Source of the DNA: Candidatus Heimdallarchaeota archaeon
GTDB lineage: Archaea > Asgardarchaeota > Heimdallarchaeia > Heimdallarchaeales > JAJRWK01
Assembly: GCA_027061945.1 (NCBI GenBank)
Contig: JAMOVR010000210.1
Location: forward strand, 9,977-33,976
Length of the DNA stretch: 24,000 nucleotides
Reading direction: 5' to 3'
Position 1 is the first letter of the stretch; each line of letters starts with the position of its first letter. The notes beneath the pieces were generated by a model. It saw only the letters and a program-made list of their open reading frames with translations. It had not been told where the DNA came from and searched no databases. Positions 14,506 to 21,897 of this stretch are shown here, one piece after another. The position numbers and the translations under genes were made by a program.

Positions 14506-15837
14506 ATGAGTATGGCAGACGAGAATACTAAATCCAAGCGTAGTAAAAGAAAGAAAATTTCAGAAAAAGAAGAAGAAAACTTAATTACAGAGGAAATAAA
14601 AATAGAAGATAAAAACGAGATTAAAAAAGAAGTTGATAAAGAAAATTTACCAGAATTAAAATTAGAAGAGGTCCCAGGTATTGGGCCAACAACTGCACAA
14701 AAACTTAGAGCTGGCAATATTAATTCTCCACATGAGATAATGAAAGCAAAGCTTTCAGAATTAGAAGAATTAGGAATAAAAAGACCGTTAGCTAAAAGAA
14801 TAAGGGCCAGTATTAAACAACTATTTCCTGAAATTTATAAAGACTTTGAAGAAGAATTATCGTTAGAAGATATCGAAGGTATTGGGCCGACAACAGCAAA
14901 AGCTCTAAGAGAAAAAGGGTTAACAATACAGATCTTAGAGACAACACCAATAAGGGAATTAGAAGAAAAATATGGGCTTTCTCAGACTCTTGCCCAGAAA
15001 TATCAGACATATATAAGACAATATATTAGGGGAGACATATTTGTAGATGGCCTAACAATTTTAAGACAGCAAGAAGTGGCACCTACATTTACTTTTGGAG
15101 CAAAATCCTTAGATCAATTAACCACTATTCCAGATGTGAGCAGGGGAGGAATAAGATTAGGAGAGACCTATGAGTTCTTTGGTGCATTTAGATCAGGTAA
15201 ATCCCAGATCTCTCATCAATTATGCGTAACAGTACAATTACCACCAGAGTTAGGGGGAGTCGGAAAAAAAGCTGTATTCATAGACACTGAAGGAACGTTT
15301 AGCCCTACAAGAATCAAGCAGATGGCCGAACGATTTCAAAGAGAATTAGGATGGGAGAAAAGCTATGAAGATGTTTTAAAAGATATTTTATATGCAAGGG
15401 CATATACTAGTGATCATCAGCAAGCAATAGTATCAAAACTATTTGAAGTATTTACTGAACATCCTAATGAGTTTGGATTAGTAGTTGTTGATTCTGTATC
15501 CGCTCATTTTAGAGCTGAATTTGCAGGAAGAGGAACACTTGCTGAGAGACAACAAATATTGAATTATCATTTAAGCGTGTTGCATAGATTAGCAGACACT
15601 TTCGGGGTGGCAATTGTAGTAACAAACCAGGTACAAGCAAATCCAGGTCAATTTTTCGGGGATCCTACACAAGCAATTGGAGGTAATATTATTGGTCATT
15701 GGGCAAGAACAAGGATTTATTTGAGAAAATCAAAAGGAGAAAAAAGGATTGCAAGAATATTTGATTCTCCAGTATTACCTGAAAACGAGACTGTGTTCGC
15801 TATAACCCCTGATGGTGTTGTAGATCCTGACGAGTAG
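14506..15837 (+). CDS. radA: DNA repair and recombination protein RadA, with an N-terminal extension of about 118 aa
   Basis: The core matches archaeal RadA throughout: Walker A GAFRSGKSQ, VQLPPELGGVGKKAVFIDTEGTF, Walker B LVVVDSVSAHFRAEF, LAERQQ, VVTNQV, and GEKRIARIFDSPVLPE. The protein is 443 aa against roughly 320-350 aa for typical RadA. Confidence 0.92.
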   Translation: MSMADENTKSKRSKRKKISEKEEENLITEEIKIEDKNEIKKEVDKENLPELKLEEVPGIGPTTAQKLRAGNINSPHEIMKAKLSELEELGIKRPLAKRIRASIKQLFPEIYKDFEEELSLEDIEGIGPTTAKALREKGLTIQILETTPIRELEEKYGLSQTLAQKYQTYIRQYIRGDIFVDGLTILRQQEVAPTFTFGAKSLDQLTTIPDVSRGGIRLGETYEFFGAFRSGKSQISHQLCVTVQLPPELGGVGKKAVFIDTEGTFSPTRIKQMAERFQRELGWEKSYEDVLKDILYARAYTSDHQQAIVSKLFEVFTEHPNEFGLVVVDSVSAHFRAEFAGRGTLAERQQILNYHLSVLHRLADTFGVAIVVTNQVQANPGQFFGDPTQAIGGNIIGHWARTRIYLRKSKGEKRIARIFDSPVLPENETVFAITPDGVVDPDE

Positions 15838-15845
15838 AAAATAAA

Positions 15846-16094
15846 TTAATCCGTTTTTTTTAGCTCTTTTAAAATCAAGTTTCTTAATCCCACAACACTA
15901 GTAGTTTTGGAAACCCCAGATTCTTCTTCAATTTTTTCTAATAATTTATCATCTACTTGTTCTTTTTGCATTGAAGCAATTTTCTCTTCGTAATCCTTTA
16001 ATTTCTCGCGGTATTCCTCCTCAGTAATTATTCCTTGTTTATATTTTTCGTATTCACTTAATATCCACCTATAAAGTTTCTCTGCTTCTTCCAT
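15846..16094 (-). CDS. Small acidic coiled-coil-like hypothetical protein (82 aa)
   Basis: GGAGTGA Shine-Dalgarno motif lies 8 nt upstream of the ATG. The composition is Glu/Lys-rich and helical. I recognise no family. Confidence 0.45.
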   Translation of the reverse strand: MEEAEKLYRWILSEYEKYKQGIITEEEYREKLKDYEEKIASMQKEQVDDKLLEKIEEESGVSKTTSVVGLRNLILKELKKTD

Positions 16095-16255
16095 GTCATT
16101 TTCACTCCAAAAACTAGATGCTTTAGGGTATAAAAATCTATGTTCATCTACTCTTTAGTGCATTTTATTTTTTCTGATATTTCGAAGAGACACATCCAGA
16201 CCAATTTAACGCCTATTTATAACTAAATCAGAACACAATATAGGAGGTAACAAAA

Positions 16256-16984
16256 ATGCTTCAAAATCAAATATACATACTAATGAGTGAAGAGTTTTTA
16301 GCTACAATTGAAGGAATAATACTATTATTTATTATCTCAAGGAAAATAATTCCAAAAATAGTAAATAAGAAAAACCAGGGATCTGTTTTATATCTCATAT
16401 TAGGATATCTTGCTATCCTAAGCACTACTTTTTCACGAGCAGTGGGAATTTATCTAAATAATTCTGAATTAAGATTATGGGGCGCATTAGTCGCAGGATC
16501 AATTGGTATAATCTTATTCAATATTTGGGGAACAATTCAGATAAAAATGAAGAGAAAAACTCAGAAAACAATAATATTCTCTACGAGCATAGGATTAATC
16601 CTATTTGCAATAGGTGCAATCTTAAATTATGAACTTTTAAAAGGAATAGGACTAATAATTTTCGCATTTATTAGTATTATTACCTTATTAGTTCTATTGA
16701 ATTATGTTCTAACACATAGCCCATACTTAAAAGCCCAACAAAAAGTAAAGATCATTACTATCGGATTTACTTTAATGGTTATTTTTGAGATGACAGGAGT
16801 ATTCTTAATGCAAATAAATCAATGGCTAAATTCAACAATCCTTTTTTTGTTAAGAGACCTAAGTTGGTTAATTGTAACAATGGGGATAATATTTCCTAAA
16901 AGACTTCAAATAGTATTAGCAAAACGCTATTACATCCCTAAACCAAAAAAAAGCAATACTCAGAAGGCAACAACCGCATCTTAA
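16256..16984 (+). CDS. Polytopic membrane protein (about 7 hydrophobic helices), hypothetical
   Basis: TAGGAGGTAAC Shine-Dalgarno motif lies 6 nt upstream of the ATG. Hydrophobic segments run throughout and the C-terminal tail is basic. Confidence 0.55.
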   Translation: MLQNQIYILMSEEFLATIEGIILLFIISRKIIPKIVNKKNQGSVLYLILGYLAILSTTFSRAVGIYLNNSELRLWGALVAGSIGIILFNIWGTIQIKMKRKTQKTIIFSTSIGLILFAIGAILNYELLKGIGLIIFAFISIITLLVLLNYVLTHSPYLKAQQKVKIITIGFTLMVIFEMTGVFLMQINQWLNSTILFLLRDLSWLIVTMGIIFPKRLQIVLAKRYYIPKPKKSNTQKATTAS

Positions 16985-17234
16985 GTGAACTATCCCCTGT
17001 GCTTTTTTCGCGAGAGGTCCGTTTCATCAAGAGCATGTGCCTTGTAACCACTTCCTTTATTATAAGAAATGGTCTGGTGTAAATTTTTATGGTGCTCTCC
17101 CACAAGTGCTATGGGCCATTCTGGCCCTACGAATATGTCCTCTCTCATTAATGCTATAAAAAATCAGTTTACATTGTCTCTCTTATCCCTTATCTCTCAG
17201 AAAGAAAGGGCTTCTCGCTGATGTGATTGATCAA
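16985..17234 (-). mobile_element. Full-length member of the repeat family, boundaries +/-10 nt
   Basis: Minus strand reads TTGATCAATCACATCAGCGAGAAGCCCTTTCTTTCTGAGAGATAAGGG (left hairpin, 17187-17210) ... GATGAAACGGACCTCTCGCGAAAAAAGCACAGGGGATAGTTCAC. The terminal base, 16985, is the first base after the TAA stop of the 16256-16984 gene. Confidence 0.65.
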
Positions 17235-17257
17235 TTTTATTTTCCTAAAAATATTCT

Positions 17258-17935
17258 CTAGAAAATTACTTGGAATATCCTAAGTGTTTCGGGACCAGTT
17301 GTGCTAGAACCAACTACTGCACCACTAGTGTTTGCAATAATCCCACTATGAGGATAAGGAACACCCCGATTAACAGTAGTAATATCGGCATCTGTTTTTA
17401 AAGTTTCCTTAATAAATTGTAAATCTTCTTCAGAAGCAAGAGGGTGTAGCAAAGTTCCTTTTCCATTAGTAAATGCAACAGAGCCCACTAACGGAGAATC
17501 AACAAGGTTATGAGGAATAACTTCAACATCTAATGTTTCTTCAATTTGTTTAATCGCATTTACTTCAAACTCAGGACTGATAATAGCGATTTTATCTGTT
17601 GCCAATATTGTGTTACCCAGAGCAGTAATTTTACTGTCAATAATCTCAACATTAATACCTAATTCATCCGTAATTTCAGAAAAAACTTTTCTCTCGATTG
17701 AAGATGTAACTTTAGGTAAAACAAGGCCATTACGGTTAATAACAGAGAACATTCCAATTAAACTCGTGTCTGCAATAGAAACTTCAAAAATTTTTGAGAT
17801 GTTTAATACGTTTCTAATAGTATCCAAAATATTTGGTTTTACACCATGAGGCAAAAACAAAATTGAATCTTTACATACTGCGAAAAGCCCAATGTTTTCA
17901 TTACCTAAAATATCAATTTTAACAATATCTGGCAC
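17258..17935 (-). CDS. eif6: Translation initiation factor 6 (aIF6)
   Basis: 225 aa with pentameric-repeat-type sequence (GNENIGLFAV..., LIGMFSVINRNGLVLP, ALGNTILATDKIAIISP, LVGSVAFTNGKGTLLHP, SGIIANTSGAVVG). The GTG start is preceded by GAGAGG. It sits in the conserved eL31-eL39 neighbourhood. Confidence 0.9.
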   Translation of the reverse strand: MPDIVKIDILGNENIGLFAVCKDSILFLPHGVKPNILDTIRNVLNISKIFEVSIADTSLIGMFSVINRNGLVLPKVTSSIERKVFSEITDELGINVEIIDSKITALGNTILATDKIAIISPEFEVNAIKQIEETLDVEVIPHNLVDSPLVGSVAFTNGKGTLLHPLASEEDLQFIKETLKTDADITTVNRGVPYPHSGIIANTSGAVVGSSTTGPETLRIFQVIF

Positions 17936-18007
17936 AATCAGCGCCTCTCATAATTTTTAATTTTAGAAGTAGGGAGTTTAAAAATTAAGGAAAAGGGGAT
18001 ACAGGAA

Positions 18008-18385
18008 CTAATCTTCCTCTTCCTCTTCTTCTTCCTCCTCTTCAGGTTCAATTGGAGCTTCAGGACCCAATGGGGATTCCACTTCTTCCACTTCCACTTT
18101 TTCGACGGGCTTAGTTCCAGCTAGATAAATTTCAACATAGCCCTCATCGTCTTTTGTCATGTCAACAATAATTTTACGTGGAGGCTTTTCAATCCCTCTA
18201 TTCCAAATGTATTCATTCACAGATTCATGGATAAGGATTTTATCAATATCAGCTTTCATATGTCGTTGAGCATATTCCTTTAACATTCTAACAGCTCTGG
18301 GGGCACGTCTAGTTCTTGGAATATGGTTTAATTTGGGGTAGAAAGGAACTACCACTCCTTCTTTTTTTAACACAATTTCAACCAT
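18008..18385 (-). CDS. rpl31e: 50S ribosomal protein eL31 with a long acidic C-terminal tail
   Basis: RTRRAPRAVRMLKEYAQRHMK...SVNEYIWNRGIEKPPRKI matches eL31. GGTGAT lies 4 nt upstream of the ATG. The last ~34 aa are an acidic extension ending EPEEEEEEEEEED. Confidence 0.9.
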   Translation of the reverse strand: MVEIVLKKEGVVVPFYPKLNHIPRTRRAPRAVRMLKEYAQRHMKADIDKILIHESVNEYIWNRGIEKPPRKIIVDMTKDDEGYVEIYLAGTKPVEKVEVEEVESPLGPEAPIEPEEEEEEEEEED

Positions 18386-18429
18386 TTATATCACCTTTAA
18401 AATTAGTAATAAACGACTAGACAAATTAT

Positions 18430-18585
18430 TTATCGTTTAATTTTTGAAGAACGCCAGTGACGACGATAAAGCTTTGAACGAACTTTACGATTAGTCTTCA
18501 TAATTACCCATGTGGGAATAGAAGAAGACTTTTTCATTTCATGAGCATATCTCTTTTTTCTATGATATAGTTTATAAGTTGCCAT
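18430..18585 (-). CDS. rpl39e: 50S ribosomal protein eL39 (51 aa; absent from the ORF track because it is short)
   Basis: My own translation is MATYKLYHRKKRYAHEMKKSSSIPTWVIMKTNRKVRSKLYRRHWRSSKIKR. It shows the eL39 pattern (IPxWV..KT...V.....RRHWRR.K). GAGGGTG lies 8 nt upstream of the ATG. The gene sits between the PDCD5-like gene and eL31, as in other archaea. Confidence 0.9.
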   Translation of the reverse strand: MATYKLYHRKKRYAHEMKKSSSIPTWVIMKTNRKVRSKLYRRHWRSSKIKR

Positions 18586-18590
18586 TTTTA

Positions 18591-18926
18591 CTACACCCTC
18601 TTAAAACGTATCTTTGTATCTCGTTTTCTCCCTTGAATTTGAGCTAATAAGTTTTTCAATTGTTCATCAGTAATTTTAGTTCTTAATTGACCAGATTGAG
18701 CTAAAGACACCAACTGGTATTCTACTGCTTGAGCCAATTCAGGTTTAACTAACTTAATATTTTGTAACCTGGCACGTGCATCTTCAGTTAAAACTGAACG
18801 CAAAATTGATTGGATTTTCATCTCTGTCTGGCGACGTTGTTCTTCTTCATGTTGTCTTCTTAAAGCTTCTTGTTGTAATTCAGCAAGCTTTCGCTGTCGA
18901 ATCGCCTCAAGCTCATCATCACTCAT
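18591..18926 (-). CDS. PDCD5/TFAR19-family DNA-binding protein
   Basis: ELEAIRQRKLAELQ...ILRSVLTEDARARLQNIKLVKPELAQAVEYQLVSLAQSGQL...ITDEQLKNLLAQI matches the archaeal PDCD5-like family. I chose ATG 18926; the track start is GTG 18935. Confidence 0.8.
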   Translation of the reverse strand: MSDDELEAIRQRKLAELQQEALRRQHEEEQRRQTEMKIQSILRSVLTEDARARLQNIKLVKPELAQAVEYQLVSLAQSGQLRTKITDEQLKNLLAQIQGRKRDTKIRFKRV

Positions 18927-18987
18927 TTTAACCACACATGAGTAAGTAATGTACTAATAATCATATTTCTTTTTATTGAGAACAAAA

Positions 18988-19419
18988 TTACGCCGTTGCT
19001 TCATTAACTATACTGTGTGCAACATGGTCTATGAAAGCCGTTCCTTTTGGAGTAATTTTACGGCCTTTATTAGATTGATCTTTTTCAACTAATTCAGCCT
19101 TTTCTAACTGCTGGAGGATCTTTCGGATAATATTACCGCTACCTCTAAAGAAATGTTCTGGTTTAACTCCTCTGTTTCTTAAACCACCATATTCCAGTCT
19201 AAGCCTTTGAACTCCAATAGGACCATTTAAATAAATTTTTCTTAGGACAGAAGCGGCCCGAACATACCACCAGTCAGGATTTTCAGGGGGATATTCTTTA
19301 TGAACACCTAACTTAACGAATTTGGCCCATTCTGGTGGTTGGATCTCCGGAATTTCTTTTAATTCATTGGATAATCTTTTTATTAATACATCTGGGGGGA
19401 CATCTCTACCACTAGTCAT
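18988..19419 (-). CDS. rps19e: 30S ribosomal protein eS19
   Basis: VPPDVLIKRLSNELKE...PEWAKFVKLGVHKEYPPENPDWWYVRAASVLRKIYLNGPIGVQRLRLEYGG matches eS19. GGTGAT lies 6 nt upstream of the ATG. Confidence 0.92.
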   Translation of the reverse strand: MTSGRDVPPDVLIKRLSNELKEIPEIQPPEWAKFVKLGVHKEYPPENPDWWYVRAASVLRKIYLNGPIGVQRLRLEYGGLRNRGVKPEHFFRGSGNIIRKILQQLEKAELVEKDQSNKGRKITPKGTAFIDHVAHSIVNEATA

Positions 19420-19533
19420 ATCTATATCACCAACTAAACCAACTAATGATTTCTGTAAAAAATGTGGTTAAATAAGTAGCGTTAAAGGACTATTTTTCAA
19501 AACAATAAATTAGGAGATCAATTAATATTTTTC

Positions 19534-19567
19534 GTGAACAACCTTGCTTTCACAAGGGCTTGTTCAC
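19534..19567. repeat. 34-nt near-perfect palindrome built from the repeat-family terminal module
   Basis: GTGAACAACCTTGCTTTCACAAGGGCTTGTTCAC. Both arms carry the family terminus (GTGAAC / GTTCAC). The centre is the family hairpin (CCTTG-CTTTCA-CAAGG on the plus strand; CCTTG-TGAAAG-CAAGG in the family orientation). The left arm aligns with 45-5 minus strand (GTGAACTAAACTTTGCTTTGGTAAGGGGCTT). It lies in the eS19/arginase divergent spacer. Confidence 0.6.
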
Positions 19568-19615
19568 CTTGATTGCATAAGATTTTTAGCAAATACAAAA
19601 AAGAGGGAAAATGAC

Positions 19616-20536
19616 ATGGTTAAAAATTCGATTATTGGAATTATTGGAGTTCCCCAAGATCTTGGTGCGTCTAGAAGAGGCGTTGACATGGGACCAAGCG
19701 CAATAAGAATTGCTGGATTGAAAAAGAAAATAGAAACATTAGGATATAATGTAGTAGATTTTGGAAATATCGCGTGTCATGATATTGATACTGATATTCC
19801 TGAAAAAGAAAAAGGAGAAAAAAATCTTCGCTTTTTAACGCAAATTGTAGATATGAGCTATAATTTAAAAGCAACTGTTGAAAAGGTGGTCCATAATAAC
19901 TTCTTTCCATTAATTTTAGGAGGAGACCATAGCATAAACATAGGGACCATGGCAGGAATGAAGGCATTACATAATGGCAAGACAGGAATAATATGGATTG
20001 ATGCCCATGGAGATTTTAACACCCATGAAACAACACCATCTGGGAACATACATGGAATGCCTTTTGCAGTAATAACTGGTAGAGGTCATCCAGATCTCCT
20101 TAAAATTGGCCCATCTCCTACAGTAATAGAAGAAAACGCAGTATTAATTGCTGCAAGAGATATTGATAAAGAAGAAGCTAAATTGCTAAAGCAATCAAAA
20201 GTAACGGTATTCACAATGCGAGAAATTGATGAATATGGAATGGCAGAAATTGCTAGGAAAGCAATAAAAATCGCTACAAAAGACACGTCTCATCTTCATG
20301 TTTCTTTCGATATTGACGCTGTGGACCCTTCAATAGCACCGGGAACTGGAACAGCTGTAGATGGAGGAATAACATATAGAGAAGCACATTTGTTAATGGA
20401 ACTAATTCATGAGAGTAGTAAACTTTCGTCATTAGAAATGGTAGAAGTAAATCCTACTTTAGATGTAAGAAATAAAACTGCAAAATTAGCAGTAGAACTA
20501 ATTGGTTCCGCATTAGGTGAAAAAATAATACCTTAA
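19616..20536 (+). CDS. rocF: Arginase (ureohydrolase family, Bacillus RocF-like)
   Basis: IGVPQDLGASRRGVDMGPSAIR, LGGDHSINIGT, WIDAHGDFNTHETTPSGNIHGMPFA, SFDIDAVDPSIAPGTGTAVDGGITYRE, and EVNPTLDVRNKTA. Mn-ligand motifs are intact, and as far as I recall the sequence is collinear with Bacillus arginase. I chose ATG 19616; the track start at TTG 19544 lies inside the palindrome. Confidence 0.88.
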   Translation: MVKNSIIGIIGVPQDLGASRRGVDMGPSAIRIAGLKKKIETLGYNVVDFGNIACHDIDTDIPEKEKGEKNLRFLTQIVDMSYNLKATVEKVVHNNFFPLILGGDHSINIGTMAGMKALHNGKTGIIWIDAHGDFNTHETTPSGNIHGMPFAVITGRGHPDLLKIGPSPTVIEENAVLIAARDIDKEEAKLLKQSKVTVFTMREIDEYGMAEIARKAIKIATKDTSHLHVSFDIDAVDPSIAPGTGTAVDGGITYREAHLLMELIHESSKLSSLEMVEVNPTLDVRNKTAKLAVELIGSALGEKIIP

Positions 20537-20544
20537 ACAAAAAT

Positions 20545-20621
20545 TGGTGGGCCAGGGCGGAATCGAACCGCCGACCTCACGGTTATCAGCCGTGCGCTCT
20601 AACCGACTGAGCTACTGGCCC
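20545..20621 (-). tRNA. tRNA-Ile (anticodon GAU), genomically encoded CCA
   Basis: Minus strand reads GGGCCAG UA GCUC AGUCGGUUA GAGC G CACGG CUGAUAA CCGUG AGGUC GGCGG UUCGAUU CCGCC CUGGCCC A CCA. This is a full cloverleaf with all stems Watson-Crick paired. Confidence 0.92.
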
Positions 20622-20760
20622 GCAAATTAAAATTCATGCGTTGCCGTGAAATGATAAATATTTGTTCCTTTTAGGTTTTTTGCTTGTGTAGTGCTTTTAC
20701 TGTAAAACGATAGAAAAGTCATTAGGAAATAAATGCGCGATTATGCGGAGTTTATAAATA

Positions 20761-21846
20761 TCAAAAAACAGAGTTTTTCATATTTTCATAATGCGTGAAA
20801 AGATCATCATATCTTAAGATACCTGCTGGAGTTATAAATCCTGTAATATGTTCTACAGGAGTCCAGTCGAAAGCAGGATTAACAATCATACTACGGGGGT
20901 CTAAAAGGTAATGCCCTTGAGGACAAAAAAGTAATTCAGAAGGACTACGCTCTTCAATTTTAGCATCATTACGTGACATATTAGGAATAAAAGTAGACCA
21001 AGGGATTGCTACGTAGAAAGGGATACTAAAATGCTTAGCTAAAACGGACAATGTAAAGGTTCCAATTTTATTTGCTACCCATCCATCTCCAGTCACCCTA
21101 TCCGCCCCTACAATAATAAGATCAACTAACCCTTTGCTCATTAAATAGCCTGCAGCATTGTCACTAATAACATGAAAAGAAATACTTTCGTTAGCGAGTT
21201 CCCAACTAGTCAATCTTCCCCCTTGCAAACGAGGCCTGGTTTCATCAACCCATACATGAAAGTCAATGCTTTTCTGTTTTGCAATTCTTATAGGAGCAAG
21301 AGCAGTACCATAATCAGCAGTTGCTAAAGCACCAGCATTGCAATGAGTCAAAATATTCATCCCTGTTTTTATAAGGTCGGAACCATAAACACCAATATTA
21401 TAGCACTCATTTTTATTTTGATCAAAAATTTCTAATGCTAATTTTTCAGCATCTTCATACTGAAGATTCTCAGTAATTACCTTATCAACAAAATAAGATG
21501 TCATATTAAATAAATCAACAGCCGTTGGACGACTTTCTAATAAATAGTTATATCCTTTTTTTAGTTTTGTAATTATGTAATTATCTGGAAAAATAAGGTT
21601 CTTAGTATTCAATAGATCAAAATAATACCTAAGTAAACCAAAAACACCTGTAAGCCCAATTGCAGGAGCTCCTCTAACTGCCATCTGTTTAATTGCATTA
21701 AAAGTATCTTCTAATGAATTAATCCTTAAAAAAACCGTTTTTTCAGGTAATAATCTCTGATCAATTAAGACAAGTTCTTTAGAAGAGATATCCCAAGATA
21801 CAGCGGTACCTTCAATAATCTCATCATTATCCAGCCGAACTTTCAT
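20761..21846 (-). CDS. mtnA: eIF-2B alpha/beta/delta-family isomerase, most like S-methyl-5-thioribose-1-phosphate isomerase
   Basis: LIDQRLLPEKTVFLRINSLEDTFNAIKQMAVRGAPAIG, TRPRLQGGRLTSWEL, and IIVGADRVTGDGWVANKIGT. GGTGG lies 6 nt upstream of the ATG. I cannot separate MtnA from ribose-1,5-bisphosphate isomerase by eye. Confidence 0.75.
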   Translation of the reverse strand: MKVRLDNDEIIEGTAVSWDISSKELVLIDQRLLPEKTVFLRINSLEDTFNAIKQMAVRGAPAIGLTGVFGLLRYYFDLLNTKNLIFPDNYIITKLKKGYNYLLESRPTAVDLFNMTSYFVDKVITENLQYEDAEKLALEIFDQNKNECYNIGVYGSDLIKTGMNILTHCNAGALATADYGTALAPIRIAKQKSIDFHVWVDETRPRLQGGRLTSWELANESISFHVISDNAAGYLMSKGLVDLIIVGADRVTGDGWVANKIGTFTLSVLAKHFSIPFYVAIPWSTFIPNMSRNDAKIEERSPSELLFCPQGHYLLDPRSMIVNPAFDWTPVEHITGFITPAGILRYDDLFTHYENMKNSVF

Positions 21847-21897
21847 ATTTTAACCACCTGTTAAATTTGAACAAAATTTTATCTCTAAATTAAATAT

